Numbered from the stretch's first letter, positions 19,001 to 30,409 are shown. The stretch: 64,000 nt of DNA from Nocardioidaceae bacterium (GCA_033850885.1 JAWWPG010000010.1:58093-122092), one strand, 5' to 3'. The notes: generated by a model not told the origin, from the sequence alone. Program-made: numbers and translations.

Positions 19001-20089
19001 TCAGGCGTCCAGCCAGATTCCGCGGAGCCGGCCGATGTCGGCCATCCGGCGCTCCGCGATCCGATCCGCGGCGACCGCAGGTGGCACCTGCTCAGCGGCG
19101 GCCACCGCGAAGACGCTCTTCGTGGCGTCGTAGATCTTGCTGGCCCGCGCCTTGGCGCGCTCGAACGAGAATCCCTCGAGCTCGTCGGCGACCTGGACGA
19201 GCCCGCCGGCGTTGACGCAGTAGTCGGGGGCGTAGAGGATGCCCCGGCTCTCGAGGATTTCCTCGATCCCCGGGTGTGCGAGCTGGTTGTTCGCCGCTCC
19301 GCATACGATGCGGGCCTTGAGGACCTGGACGGTCTGGTCGTCGATGGCGTCGCCCAGGGCGCACGGCGCGTAGACGTCGATGTCGGCCCTGAGGAGCTCG
19401 CCGGTGTCCGCCACCACCTCGACCTCCGAGTGGCCGGCGACGACCGCAGCGACGGCAGGCGGGTAGACGTCCGTGATGACGACCTCGGCGCCGTCGCTCA
19501 GCAGGTGGTCGACGAGGTGGTGTCCGACCTTGCCGACGCCGGCCACCCCGACCCGCCGCCCCGCGAGGGTGGGCTGACCCCAGGCGAACTCCGCGGCAGC
19601 GCGCATCCCCTGGAAGACCCCGAACGCGGTCAGCACGGACGAGTCACCCGCGCCACCGTGCTCCCTGGTCCGACCGGTGACGTAGTCGCACTCGCGAGCC
19701 ACGATGTCCATATCCTCGCTGTACGTCCCGACGTCACACGCCGTGAGGTACCGCCCGCCCAGTGACTGGACGAACCTGCCGTACGCGCGCAACAGCGCCT
19801 CCGACTTGTCCCGGTGCGGATCGCCGATGATCACCGCCTTGCCGCCGCCGAGGTCCAGCCCGGCGAGCGCTGCCTTGTAGGCCATCCCCTTGGAGAGGTT
19901 GAGGACGTCACGAACCGCGCTGGCCTCGTTCTCGTACGGATAGAAGCGGGTGCCACCCAGTGCCGGGCCCAAGACAGTGGAGTAGATCGCGATGATGGCC
20001 CGCAGCCCGGACGCCTCGTCCTGGCAGAAGACCACCTGCTCGTGCTGCTCGCCCTGGCTGAAGACGGAGAACGTCGAACTGTCGGCCAC
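19001..20089 (-). CDS. vdh: Valine/leucine dehydrogenase (Glu/Leu/Phe/Val dehydrogenase family)
   Basis: [28 protein letters not shown] (catalytic Lys region), Rossmann [12 protein letters not shown]. Same vdh / hypothetical / bldC synteny as Streptomyces. Confidence 0.88.
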   Translation of the reverse strand: MADSSTFSVFSQGEQHEQVVFCQDEASGLRAIIAIYSTVLGPALGGTRFYPYENEASAVRDVLNLSKGMAYKAALAGLDLGGGKAVIIGDPHRDKSEALLRAYGRFVQSLGGRYLTACDVGTYSEDMDIVARECDYVTGRTREHGGAGDSSVLTAFGVFQGMRAAAEFAWGQPTLAGRRVGVAGVGKVGHHLVDHLLSDGAEVVITDVYPPAVAAVVAGHSEVEVVADTGELLRADIDVYAPCALGDAIDDQTVQVLKARIVCGAANNQLAHPGIEEILESRGILYAPDYCVNAGGLVQVADELEGFSFERAKARASKIYDATKSVFAVAAAEQVPPAVAADRIAERRMADIGRLRGIWLDA

Positions 20090-20196
20090 TGTCGGTCATC
20101 CTTGCTCGGTCGGCGCCCACCGGGTTCGGGGGTCTCCCCACGATATGCCTCGCGCTGGACGCCCCCCCGGCGGGTCAGGCGCCTTATGGTTGAGGC

Positions 20197-21018
20197 GTGG
20201 TGCTCCCGTATGCGTCGTACCTGCGCGTCTACGAGCCCGTCGACGAGCTGACGCCGCCGCGCCCGGGAGCCGCCGGCGGTGAGCCCCGCCTCGAGGTGGT
20301 GACGACCGTGACGCTCGCGCGGGAGCAGGAGACCATCCTCGCCCGGGCGACCGCATCGTCAGCCCCACCAGGCGGAGACGACGACCTCGCGGGCTGCTAC
20401 CTGATGCGCCACGAGGGACGGCTCTTCCTGTGCCCAGTCGACCTGCTGCTGCGCTGCTGGCTGGCGCTCGCGGCGTTCACGGAAGACACGGATGCCACCA
20501 CCCGGGGGCTGTTCTTCGACCCCACCCGCCTCGACGTCGCACGTGAGGAGTTCGAGGCCTGGCACCTCTCCAACCCGCGTGCGGTCCCCCACATCCGGGA
20601 GGCGACCTGGGGAGTCCCGCGGACCTGGTTCCTGCTCGTGACGCAGGAGGAGCGGACCGTGTACGACCTCCAAGGCACCGCGTCCGTGCGTTTCCGGAGC
20701 CCGATGGCGGATGCCCGCACCAGGCTCGCCTCGGCAGAGGGTCTGCTGAGCGAGATGGTCGACGACGCGGAGCTCATCGACGAGCTGGCTGACCTCGGCG
20801 GCTGGTTGAGCGCCTTCTCGGCGGAGAGCTGGGTGGAGGTCGACTACGCCGGGGTCGCCGGCCTGCTTCCCGGGAGGGTCGACGAGGACGAGTCTGCGCA
20901 CCAGATCGGCAGCGCACTGGCGGCTGTCGAGAGGCGGGACTTCGCGGCCGCGGGCGATGCGTACCGCAACTTCGTCGAGCGCTGGCGGGTGGTAAATGCA
21001 CTGGAACGTGCCAACTAA
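20197..21018 (+). CDS. Conserved hypothetical protein (between vdh and bldC)
   Basis: 273 aa with good GC3 bias. Begins MVLPYASYLRVYEPV. No recognisable catalytic motif. Confidence 0.6.
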   Translation: MVLPYASYLRVYEPVDELTPPRPGAAGGEPRLEVVTTVTLAREQETILARATASSAPPGGDDDLAGCYLMRHEGRLFLCPVDLLLRCWLALAAFTEDTDATTRGLFFDPTRLDVAREEFEAWHLSNPRAVPHIREATWGVPRTWFLLVTQEERTVYDLQGTASVRFRSPMADARTRLASAEGLLSEMVDDAELIDELADLGGWLSAFSAESWVEVDYAGVAGLLPGRVDEDESAHQIGSALAAVERRDFAAAGDAYRNFVERWRVVNALERAN

Positions 21019-21247
21019 TGTTGTTTTAGGTAAATATTATTACAACAAGACCTACATGGTTTGCTGTGTTCGGCTAGACTTCGTAGACGGATGACCGGTT
21101 CGTGGTGTATCGCGCCGCAGTACCCCATAATGAACCGGGTTGGAGTTGCCAAGGGGGGAATAGCCTCCATCCGACGATTGCAGCATTCAACGTGTCCCTT
21201 CGGAGCGGCCCGGGCAGACACACAACTTGCTAGGAGGAGGAGTGACG

Positions 21248-21454
21248 GTGAACGTACGTCCGACCGATTCAGAGCCTCTGCTAACGCCGGCTGAAGTAGC
21301 GGCAATGTTCCGCGTTGACCCGAAGACCGTGACCAGATGGGCCAAGGCAGGCAAGCTCAGCTCGATCCGCACGCTGGGGGGGCACCGCCGATACCGCGAG
21401 TCAGAAGTACGTGAGCTGCTCAGCGGGGTCTCAAGCCAGGCGCAGGCCGAGTAA
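21248..21454 (+). CDS. bldC: BldC, MerR/excisionase-type DNA-binding developmental regulator
   Basis: EPLLTPAEVAAMFRVDPKTVTRWAKAGKLSSIRTLGGHRRYRESEVRELL is near-identical to Streptomyces BldC as remembered. The GTG at 21248 gives 68 aa and sits about 7 nt after AGGAGGAGGAG. The ORF-track start at 21227 is probably too long. Confidence 0.9.
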   Translation: MNVRPTDSEPLLTPAEVAAMFRVDPKTVTRWAKAGKLSSIRTLGGHRRYRESEVRELLSGVSSQAQAE

Positions 21455-21472
21455 AGAGGCATCAGATAGCCG

Positions 21473-21506
21473 GGCACCGGTCCTCGTGACCGGTGCCTGC
21501 TTCTTC
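21473..21506 (+). terminator. Intrinsic terminator after bldC
   Basis: 10-bp stem GGCACCGGTC/GACCGGTGCC with loop ctcgt, followed by tgcttcttcatt. Lies between the convergent bldC and lutC. Confidence 0.7.
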
Positions 21507-22122
21507 ATTCGACCAGCAGTACCTCGAGAGTGCGTGGACCGTGCACGCCTTCGACCCGGCTTAGCTCGATGTCGCTGGTGGCTGACGGTCCACTGATCCA
21601 GGTCAGCGGCCGCTGCGGCCGCAGCCTCGCCACCGCTTCCGGTACCGTCTCGACGACCTGTCCCGCACGGACGATGCACAGGTGGTAGTCCGGAACCAGC
21701 GTGATCGCCCGTCGTCCCTGTCTCCTCGATCCGTCGAGAACGACCGTGCCGGTCTCGGCGATGGCGACGGCCGCGAGCGTGATGACACCGTCGACCGTGT
21801 CGAGCTCGGCGGCCGACAGCTGCCCATGGTCCACGACCACGTCGATACCCGCAGCGATCTCGATCTCGAGTCCGGCCGGTACGACGACCCGTGACGCGCC
21901 CCGGTCGGCCAGGGCGGTGGTCACGAACTGCTGGACGTCGCCCGGGGCACAGCGGCGTACCCGGGCCTGGTACTCCAACAGCCGCTCCTCGAACATATCG
22001 AGCCGGGCAGGCTCGGGACTGGCGCCGGCCTGCCGGTAGGTGCGCGCTATCTCCGGAGCCTTCCGCGGTGCCGGTCCGAGGGCACGCCGGATCCGCGCGA
22101 GGATCTGGTCGCGGCCGTTCAT
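21505..22122 (-). CDS. lutC: Lactate utilisation protein C (LUD domain)
   Basis: Internal ATG at 22122 overlaps the lutB stop (ATGA). 205 aa, MNGRDQILARIRRAL..., with LUD-domain pattern (AIAETGTVVL, LVPDYHLCIV). Confidence 0.85.
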   Translation of the reverse strand: MNGRDQILARIRRALGPAPRKAPEIARTYRQAGASPEPARLDMFEERLLEYQARVRRCAPGDVQQFVTTALADRGASRVVVPAGLEIEIAAGIDVVVDHGQLSAAELDTVDGVITLAAVAIAETGTVVLDGSRRQGRRAITLVPDYHLCIVRAGQVVETVPEAVARLRPQRPLTWISGPSATSDIELSRVEGVHGPRTLEVLLVE

Positions 22123-23584
22123 CTGGGCTCGGACCTCCACCACTCGCGGAACGTCTGAGCCGGGGGTGCAGGCGCATCGCGGGCCGTGGTCCAGCCGGCC
22201 AGCGGCGGCGGAAGCCGCCCGATGCGTCCCTTGCGACTGAGCAGGCGCCCCACCCGGCTGCCGCGCTGCGCGCGCTCGAACCGACCGGCGTCGCTCATCA
22301 CCCATGACGCGGCCGCCATCGCGACCGCCTCGGCGCTCGGGAGCACGTGCTCGGAACGGGCCTCCTCCACGTGGCGGGCTCTCAGGTGTACGAGTATCGA
22401 GGGGATGTCGATCTTGACCGGGCATACGTCGTAACAGGCGCCGCAGAGCGACGACGCGTAGGGCAGGGAGGCGCTCGCCGGGTTCTCGTTGACGCCCGTG
22501 AGCTGGGGCGACAGGATCGCGCCGATCGGCCCGGGGTACACCGAGCCGTACGCATGACCGCCGGTGCGCTCATAGACGGGGCAGACGTTGAGGCACGCTG
22601 AGCAGCGGATGCAGTGCAGCGTCTCCCGGCCGACCTCGTCGGCGAGGACAGCGGTCCGACCGTTGTCGAGCAACACCAGATGAAAGCTCTGCGGTCCGTC
22701 GCCCGGAGTCACTCCGGTCCACATGGACGTGTACGGGTTCATCCGCTCCCCCGTGGAAGACCGGGGCAGCAGCTGCAGGAAGACCTCCAGGTCACGCCAG
22801 GTCGGGATCACCTTCTCGATGCCCATCACGGTGACCAGGGTGTCCGGGAGGGTCAGACACATCCGGCCGTTGCCCTCGGACTCCACGACGGCAAGCGTCC
22901 CGGTCTCGGCGACGGCGAAGTTGGCTCCGCTCACCGCCACCTTCGCGGTCAGGAACTTCCGGCGCAGGTAGGTTCGGGCGGCGGCGGCGAGCCGAGCAGG
23001 GTTGTCGCTCAGCCCAGGGTCGACGCCGCGCATCTCTCGCAGGAAGATCTCGCGTATCTCGGCGCGGTTGAAGTGGATGGCCGGGACCAGGATGTGCGAC
23101 GGCCGGTCCTCCGCGAGCTGCACGATCAGCTCCGCGAGATCCGTCTCGTACGCCGATATCCCGGCCGCCTGCAGTGCCTCGTTGAGGCCGATCTCCTGGG
23201 TTGCCATCGACTTGACCTTGACGACCTCGTCCGAGCCGGTGGCGCGCACCAGGTCGGTGACGATGCGGTTCGCCTCGTTGGCGTCGCCTGCCCAGTGCAC
23301 CATCCCGCCGCGGGCGATGACCGCCGCCTCGAGGCGTTCCAGCTGCTCGTCGAGGTCTTGCATGGTGGCTGCCTTGATGGCGCGACCGGCGTCGCGCAGC
23401 TGCTCCCAGTCGGGGACCTCGCCCACGACGGCCGCCCGCTTGGCACGGATCGTGCGGGTGGCCGCGCCGATGTTTCGCCGCAGCTGGGTGTTGGAGAGGG
23501 CATCCCTGGCGGCGATCGGGAAGGTGTCCTTGCCGCGAAGCATCCCGACCCCGGGCGGCGACGTCGGCATGCCGAGGAACGTCG

Positions 23585-23588
<4 letters not shown>
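22119..23588 (-). CDS. lutB: Lactate utilisation protein B (4Fe-4S, LutB)
   Basis: ATG at 23588 overlaps the lutA stop. Two ferredoxin-type motifs (CIRCSACLNVCP, CGACYDVCP) and the LutB N-terminal domain. Confidence 0.9.
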
Positions 23589-24322
<734 letters not shown>

Positions 24323-24324
24323 CG

Positions 24325-25383
24325 TCAGCCCTCCACCGTCATCTCGAGCCCGGCCCGGCCGTCCAGATGCACCATGTCGGTGGATCCACGGACGACAAGC
24401 TCGGGCTCGAACACCACCTGGCGATGCTTGTGGTGGCCGTCGGCCCGGGACTCCTCGATGAGCAGCTCGGCGGCGGCCCGCCCGAGCTGGGCACGTGGCT
24501 GCCGGACGGAAGTCAGCGGGACCGCTGCCGAGGCTGCGAAGGCGATGTCGTCATAGCCCATGATGGCGATCTCCTCGGGTACGGCGATGTGCCGGCGGGT
24601 CAGCTCCTGAAGCACGCCGAGGGCTACCAGGTCGTTGGCACAGAAGACAGCGGTAGGTCGCTGGTGGGCAGGACGCTCAGCGAGCCGGGCGGCCGCGTCC
24701 ATGCCCGATGCCACGTTCAGCGCGGGAGTCTCTTCGATGTGCAGGGCGGACTCGTCCAGCCCGGCCCGCTTCAGGCTCTGCAGCGCGCCGTCGAGGCGGT
24801 CCTGAACCTGGTGGAGTGTGAACGGACCGCCGACGAAGGCCAGCCGCCGGTGCCCGCGTTCCAGCAGATGCGTCGCCGCGAGGTCGCCGCCGTGGACGTC
24901 ATCGACCGATACCGAGCACCTGCCTCTGCGAGCATGTCGGTCCACCAGCACGACCGGGATGCCGCGCGCCCGGATCTCGTCCAGACGGTGTGGGTTGCTC
25001 CCGGTCGGTGTGATGAGGATCCCGCGCACTCGATGCTGCTCGAGGAGGTCGAGATAGCGCGTCTCGCGGGCCGGCTGCTCGTCGCTGTTGCACAAGATCA
25101 CGGCAAGCCCGAACTCGTTGGCGAGGTCCTCCGCCCCGCGGGCGACGTCGGTGAAGAACGGGTTGGTGACGTCGAGGACGACGAGTCCGATGAACCTGCT
25201 CCGCCCCGCCCTGAGCTGGCGCGCGGACTCGTTGCGGATGAAGCCCAGTGCACTGATCGCGGCCAGCACTCGGTCCCGGGTGGCAGGAGCAACGATGTGC
25301 GGGCGATTGAGCACGTTGGAGACGGTGGCGGTAGAAACGCCGGCTCGCGAGGCGACATCCTTGATCCCCACCTGGCCGTCCAT
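24325..25383 (-). CDS. LacI-family transcriptional regulator (RhaR-like), first gene of the regulator-lutABC operon
   Basis: Start at ATG 25383 gives the HTH IKDVASRAGVSTATVSNVLNRP at the N-terminus. Periplasmic-binding-fold core. Divergent from the rhamnose operon. Confidence 0.85.
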   Translation of the reverse strand: MDGQVGIKDVASRAGVSTATVSNVLNRPHIVAPATRDRVLAAISALGFIRNESARQLRAGRSRFIGLVVLDVTNPFFTDVARGAEDLANEFGLAVILCNSDEQPARETRYLDLLEQHRVRGILITPTGSNPHRLDEIRARGIPVVLVDRHARRGRCSVSVDDVHGGDLAATHLLERGHRRLAFVGGPFTLHQVQDRLDGALQSLKRAGLDESALHIEETPALNVASGMDAAARLAERPAHQRPTAVFCANDLVALGVLQELTRRHIAVPEEIAIMGYDDIAFAASAAVPLTSVRQPRAQLGRAAAELLIEESRADGHHKHRQVVFEPELVVRGSTDMVHLDGRAGLEMTVEG

Positions 25384-25428
25384 GTGACCCGCCTTCGCCG
25401 AAGGTTGCCCCGCAAGTGTGCAACCTTG

Positions 25429-25444
25429 ATTGCAACGTGTCAAT
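25429..25444. promoter_or_regulatory. Candidate LacI-type operator 2
   Basis: ATTGCAACGTGTCAAT has a CG centre and 12/16 symmetric positions. Shares the pattern ATTGnAACGTnTCAnT with operator 1. Confidence 0.5.
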
Positions 25445-25489
25445 AACAGTATCCGATAATCAGGACATGGAACTTTTGTCCACCCCCCA

Positions 25490-25518
25490 TTGACAGTAAC
25501 ATCGTCTCCCTTTAGGGT
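25490..25518 (+). promoter_or_regulatory. Candidate housekeeping-sigma promoter of the rhamnose operon
   Basis: TTGACA (25490-25495), a 17-nt spacer, then TAGGGT (25513-25518, fits TANNNT). Lies 39 nt upstream of the GTG start at 25557. Confidence 0.5.
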
Positions 25519-25529
25519 ACGGACCAAGC

Positions 25530-25545
25530 ATTGTAACGTTTCATT
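25530..25545. promoter_or_regulatory. Candidate LacI-type operator 1
   Basis: ATTGTAACGTTTCATT (core TGTAACGTTTCA) lies 11 nt downstream of the candidate -10 and just before the AAGGAGG RBS. Confidence 0.55.
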
Positions 25546-25556
25546 AAGGAGGGTCC

Positions 25557-27095
25557 GTGGCCGGAGATGGCGGCGCCCGGGGTGCACTCCCCACCGAGGA
25601 GCCCGTGCTGGTACTCGAGCACGCGCAGAAGTCCTTCGGTGCGGTCCAGGCGCTGGAGGACGGATCGATCACGCTGTACCCGGGTGAGGCCCACGCCCTG
25701 GTCGGTGAGAACGGCGCCGGGAAGTCGACTCTGGTGAAGATCCTGGCCGGGGTGCACCGCCCGGACGCCGGACGGCTGCTGATCAACGGCGCTGCAGTCT
25801 CACTCGCCGGCCCGGCCGCTGCCCGGGACGCCGGAGTCTCGATCATCTACCAGGAGCCGACTCTCTTCCCCGATCTCAGCGTCGCCGAGAACATCTTCAT
25901 CGGCCGGCAGCCGACCGGACCGGGACACCGCATCGATCGTGCGGAGATGCGCCGACTCACGAGAGAGATCTTCGCCCGGCTGGGCGTGGAGCTCGACCCG
26001 AACCGACCGGCTCGAGGGTTGTCCGTTGCCGACCAGCAGATCGTCGAGATCGCGAAGGCTCTTTCGTTCAACGCCAACGTGCTGGTGATGGACGAACCGA
26101 CCGCCGCCCTGACCGGCGTCGAGGTCGAGCGGCTGTTCACGGTGATGGCCACGCTGCGCGGCCAAGGGGCTGCCGTCCTCTTCATCTCCCACCGGCTCGA
26201 GGAGGTCTTCGCCTGCTCCCAGCGGGTCACCATCATGCGTGACGGCCGGTTCATCCTGACCGCGCCGATAGCGGAAGTCACCATCGACGACATCATCCGC
26301 TCGATGGTCGGCCGCGATCTCGACGCGCTCTTCCCCAAGACGGAGACGCAGCCGGGTGATGCCGTCCTCGAAGTCGATCATCTGTCCAGCCAGGGCGTCT
26401 TCGAGGACATCTCGTTCACGGTTCGATCCGGGGAGATCGTGGCGCTGGCGGGCCTCGTCGGAGCCGGTCGCAGCGAGGTGGCCCGGGCCGTCTTCGGAAT
26501 CGATCGCCGTACGTCGGGCAAGGTCCTCCTCGCCGGCGAGGAGCTCCCCAACGGACAGCCCGGAGCCGCAATGGCGGCCGGGATGGCCCTCGTTCCTGAA
26601 GACCGTCGTCAGCAGGGTCTCGTGATGGACATGGGCATCGACCAGAACATTGCGCTCGCCTCGCTGAGGCGGTTGAGCTCGTTCGGTCTGATCCGCCGCT
26701 CGAGCGAGAGAGCGCTGGCGAAGACGTGGGCCCCTCGTCTGCAGCTCAAGTTCGGCACCCTGCGCAACGCCGTGTCGACGCTGTCGGGCGGGAACCAGCA
26801 GAAGGTCGTGCTCGGCAAGTGGCTGGCTCGCGAGCCCCGGCTGTTGATCATCGACGAACCCACCCGGGGAATCGACGTCGGGACCAAGGCAGAGGTGCAC
26901 CGCATCCTCGACGGTCTGGTCGCCGACGGGATGGCGGTGCTGATGATCTCCTCCGAGCTGCCTGAGGTCCTGGGCATGGCGGATCGGGTGCTCGTGATCC
27001 GGGAGGGTCGGATGACGGCCGACCTGACTCGGGCCGAGGCCGACGAGCAGACCATCATGCGGGCCGCCACCGGTGTCAGCAGCGAGGCGGCATGA
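25557..27095 (+). CDS. rhaT: Sugar (rhamnose-type) ABC transporter ATP-binding protein, duplicated ATPase
   Basis: Two nucleotide-binding domains: GENGAGKST / [14 protein letters not shown] / [11 protein letters not shown], and [15 protein letters not shown] / [13 protein letters not shown]. Confidence 0.88.
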   Translation: MAGDGGARGALPTEEPVLVLEHAQKSFGAVQALEDGSITLYPGEAHALVGENGAGKSTLVKILAGVHRPDAGRLLINGAAVSLAGPAAARDAGVSIIYQEPTLFPDLSVAENIFIGRQPTGPGHRIDRAEMRRLTREIFARLGVELDPNRPARGLSVADQQIVEIAKALSFNANVLVMDEPTAALTGVEVERLFTVMATLRGQGAAVLFISHRLEEVFACSQRVTIMRDGRFILTAPIAEVTIDDIIRSMVGRDLDALFPKTETQPGDAVLEVDHLSSQGVFEDISFTVRSGEIVALAGLVGAGRSEVARAVFGIDRRTSGKVLLAGEELPNGQPGAAMAAGMALVPEDRRQQGLVMDMGIDQNIALASLRRLSSFGLIRRSSERALAKTWAPRLQLKFGTLRNAVSTLSGGNQQKVVLGKWLAREPRLLIIDEPTRGIDVGTKAEVHRILDGLVADGMAVLMISSELPEVLGMADRVLVIREGRMTADLTRAEADEQTIMRAATGVSSEAA

Positions 27096-28123
27096 CCACG
27101 CAGACGGCGCGCCGACCGAGCGGGCTCATGAGCTCACGGGTGTCGGACTTCCTCCGGGCCCGGGAGGTCGGTATTGCCCTGCTCGTCGTCGTCATCGTCG
27201 TCGTGACGACGGTCAACAACCACCACTTCGCCGACTCCGCCAGTATCCAGCAGATGTTGACCGGCGCCTCGCTGATCGCCTTGCTGGGTGTCGGGGAGAC
27301 CATGGTCATCGTCACCCGCAACGTCGACCTGTCAGTGGGGTCGGTGCTCGGCCTCTCGGCGTACATCATCGGTGACCTCTTCAAGCATCAGCACATCCCC
27401 GCCTGGTCCGGGTTCGTGGTCGGCATCGCGATCGGAGCGGCAGTAGGGGCGGTGAACGGGTTCATCACGACCGTGCTGCGGGTGCCCAGCCTCGTGGTCA
27501 CACTAGCGATGCTGTACATCATTCGCGGCCTGGACGGCGTCATCGTCAACGGCAAGACGATCGACCCCGATGTGATTCCCGCAAGCTTCACGGCGGTCGG
27601 GTACAAGACCGTGTTCGGCGTTCCCTGGCTGGCGATCATCGTGGTGGTCGTCGTCATCGCGGTGGGTTACGCGATGCGCACCTTCCGTGCGGGCCGGGAC
27701 CTGTACGCGATCGGGTCCAACCCTGACGCTGCCGCGCTCGCCGGGATCCCCATCGAGCGGCGAGTGTTCACGGCCTTCGTGGTGAGCGGGGCGCTCGCCG
27801 GCCTCGGCGGCGCACTCTTCCTCGCCCTGCACGCCCAGGTGGACAACAGCGGAGGCATTGGCTACGAGCTGACCGTCGTGGCTGCCGTGGTCGTCGGCGG
27901 AGTCGCAATCTTCGGGGGCAGCGGCACGGTCGTCGGCGCCGCGCTCGGGGCGCTGCTACTGAACACCATCAGCCAGGCGCTGGTGGCGTCGAAGATCTCG
28001 GCATTCTGGAACCAGGCCATCGCCGGCGCCCTGCTGCTCGCCGCCATCGGCTTCGACCGGTGGCTGACCGTCCGGCTGACCAAGCGGCTGCGCTCGTCGG
28101 AAGGAGCACACCGAGATGTCTGA
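27092..28123 (+). CDS. rhaP: Sugar ABC transporter permease (RbsC-like)
   Basis: 343 aa with about 10 TM segments. Start overlaps the ATPase stop (ATGA). Typical [17 protein letters not shown] block. Confidence 0.88.
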   Translation: MTTQTARRPSGLMSSRVSDFLRAREVGIALLVVVIVVVTTVNNHHFADSASIQQMLTGASLIALLGVGETMVIVTRNVDLSVGSVLGLSAYIIGDLFKHQHIPAWSGFVVGIAIGAAVGAVNGFITTVLRVPSLVVTLAMLYIIRGLDGVIVNGKTIDPDVIPASFTAVGYKTVFGVPWLAIIVVVVVIAVGYAMRTFRAGRDLYAIGSNPDAAALAGIPIERRVFTAFVVSGALAGLGGALFLALHAQVDNSGGIGYELTVVAAVVVGGVAIFGGSGTVVGAALGALLLNTISQALVASKISAFWNQAIAGALLLAAIGFDRWLTVRLTKRLRSSEGAHRDV

Positions 28124-29183
28124 CGTCTCCACGGATGTGGTGCAGTCCCAGGTCCCTGCCCCGGCTCCAGCGGAAAGGTCCGTCCAGACCTGGTGGCGTG
28201 GCCTGGCCAGGTGGGAGACCGGACTCTTCGTGGTGCTGGTCGCCGTCATCGTCTTCGGGGCCAGCGAGTCCTCCGACTTCCTCCAGACCTCGACGCTCTT
28301 CTACCTCGGCATCAACGTCGGCTATATCGCGATCATGGCGCTGCCCATGACCTTCGTGGTGATGACGGGCGAGATCGACCTCTCGGTGGCATCGATGCTG
28401 GGTCTGTCCGGCGCGACCGTGGGGCTGCTCTGGCACCACGGCTGGGGGATCTGGCCGGCCTTCCTCGTCGCGCTGCTCGTCGGCGCCTTAGGGGGTGCCC
28501 TCAACGGTGTCCTCGTCGCGAAGGTCGGCCTACCGTCCATCGCCGTCACCATCGGGACGCTGACGCTCTTCCGTGGCCTCGCGGAGATCCTGCTCGGCTC
28601 GCAGACGGTACCCGGTCTCGGCGATCGGTCGTTCCCGGCGTCGCTGACGAAGATCGGTGTCCTCCCCGTGTCGGGGACCCAGCTCTCGTACTCCTTGGTG
28701 ATCTTCCTCGTCCTCGCCGTCGTCTTCGGCGTCGTCCTGCATGCCACGCCCTTGGGGCGCTCCATGATCGCGATCGGGCTACAACCCGAGGCCGCCAGGT
28801 TCGCGGGCATCGGTGTCAACACCATCAAGCTCGGGCTCTTCGTCGTCTCCGGTGTCCTCAGCGCCTTCGCCGGGATCCTGCTGACACTGCAGAACGCTTC
28901 GGTGAGCTACTCGGCGGGCATCGGACTCGAGCTCAACGTCGTCGCCATCGTGCTGTTCGGTGGCGTTTCCATCTTCGGCGGGCGCGGCACGATTCTCGGC
29001 GTGGTGCTCTCGGTGGCCATCGTTGGCAGCCTGCAGATGGCACTCACCCAGATGCAGGTTCAGCCGGAGGTCCAGAGCATCATCACCGGGATTCTCCTGC
29101 TGATCAGCGTGGTCGTCCCCAACAGCGGAGAGGCCGTCCGGAGAGTTCGGGAGACGCTCGCCCGGAGGAGGGCACGCATCTGA
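28116..29183 (+). CDS. rhaQ: Sugar ABC transporter permease (RbsC-like)
   Basis: 355 aa, overlapping the previous permease by 8 nt. Block MTFVVMTGEIDLSVASM. Confidence 0.88.
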   Translation: MSDVSTDVVQSQVPAPAPAERSVQTWWRGLARWETGLFVVLVAVIVFGASESSDFLQTSTLFYLGINVGYIAIMALPMTFVVMTGEIDLSVASMLGLSGATVGLLWHHGWGIWPAFLVALLVGALGGALNGVLVAKVGLPSIAVTIGTLTLFRGLAEILLGSQTVPGLGDRSFPASLTKIGVLPVSGTQLSYSLVIFLVLAVVFGVVLHATPLGRSMIAIGLQPEAARFAGIGVNTIKLGLFVVSGVLSAFAGILLTLQNASVSYSAGIGLELNVVAIVLFGGVSIFGGRGTILGVVLSVAIVGSLQMALTQMQVQPEVQSIITGILLLISVVVPNSGEAVRRVRETLARRRARI

Positions 29184-29241
29184 GATCTGAGCGCTCGTCC
29201 GTTCCAGCAATGCTCAACACCCAACCGAAAGGCAGCACGAC

Positions 29242-30333
29242 ATGTCATCACAAAGGTCGGTCCGCAAGCTCGCGGCCATCGGCACTTCGGCATTGCTGGT
29301 CAGCGTGGCCTTGGCCGCCTGCAGCAGCTCGTCGAACAACTCCAACAGCCCGAGCACGCCGTCTGGCGGCGGCTCCTCGTCCGGCACCAGCATCAAGAGC
29401 GGCCTCACCGTGTACTACATCCCGAAAGACACCCAGAACCCGTATGAGGTGCTGGCCGACAAGGGTGGTCAGAAGGCCCTGTCGGAGCTGGGCGGGAAGG
29501 TCGTGGTGAGCAGCGGTTCGCAGGATACGGCGGCGGCGCAGCTGCCGTCGATCCAGGCAGCCATCCAGGCCAACGCCGACGCGATCGTGATCGCGGGCAA
29601 CGACCCGTCCGCGCTCTGCCCGGCACTCAACCAGGCCGCGCAGCAGGGGATCGCGATTGTCTCGTTCGACTCCGACATCACGTGCGGGTCGTCACCCAAC
29701 CACCTGTTCATCAACCAGGCGAACACTCAGCAGATCGGGACGTCCGAGGTCGACCTGCTGGCGAAGGAGATCAACAAGACCGGGCAGATCGCCATCTTGT
29801 CGGCGGCCGCCAGCGCGACGAACCAGAACGCCTGGATCAAGTACATGAAACAGCAGCTCACGAAGTACCCCAAGATGAAGCTCGTCAGCACGGTGTACGG
29901 CAACGACGACCCGGCGACCTCGCTCACGGTCCTGCAAGGGCTGCTGTCGGCGTACCCGAACCTGCGCGGCATCATCTCGCCGACGACTGTCGGCATCTCG
30001 ACGGCGGCGCAGTACCTTGACACCCACAAGAGCCTGCTCAGTCACCTGACGCTGACCGGGCTCGGACTGCCCTCGCAGATGAAGCAGTACGTCCATGACG
30101 GCACGGTCAAGGCCTTCGAGCTGTGGAACCCCAGCGACCTCGGCTACCTCGCCGGGTACGCGGCCGCGTCGCTCGCCTCGGGTGTCACCACGCTGAGCCC
30201 AGGCTCGACCTTCAAGGCGGGAACACTGGGCACGTACAAGGTCCTGCCGCCTGCCGCCGGCACCGGGCCCTCTGTGGTGCTTGGCCCGCCGACGGTCTTC
30301 ACCAAGGCGAACATCGACCAGTTCAACTTCTGA
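29242..30333 (+). CDS. rhaS: Rhamnose-type ABC transporter substrate-binding lipoprotein
   Basis: Lipobox LVSVALAAC followed by a Ser-rich linker. Periplasmic-binding-protein family 1 fold pattern. Sits between the permeases and the mutarotase. Confidence 0.85.
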   Translation: MSSQRSVRKLAAIGTSALLVSVALAACSSSSNNSNSPSTPSGGGSSSGTSIKSGLTVYYIPKDTQNPYEVLADKGGQKALSELGGKVVVSSGSQDTAAAQLPSIQAAIQANADAIVIAGNDPSALCPALNQAAQQGIAIVSFDSDITCGSSPNHLFINQANTQQIGTSEVDLLAKEINKTGQIAILSAAASATNQNAWIKYMKQQLTKYPKMKLVSTVYGNDDPATSLTVLQGLLSAYPNLRGIISPTTVGISTAAQYLDTHKSLLSHLTLTGLGLPSQMKQYVHDGTVKAFELWNPSDLGYLAGYAAASLASGVTTLSPGSTFKAGTLGTYKVLPPAAGTGPSVVLGPPTVFTKANIDQFNF

Positions 30334-30409
30334 CCCGTCACTCCCGGTCGGTCGGCACCGGCCGACCGGGAGAGCGGTTGTCCCCGGGGAACACCCACAA
30401 GGGAGACGC

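Noticed and set aside
24325-25587. Full-length 420-aa version of the LacI-regulator ORF
   Set aside because: The extra 68 N-terminal residues would run through the divergent promoter/operator region and the first 31 nt of the ABC ATPase gene on the opposite strand. The HTH motif sits at the N-terminus only if translation starts at 25383.
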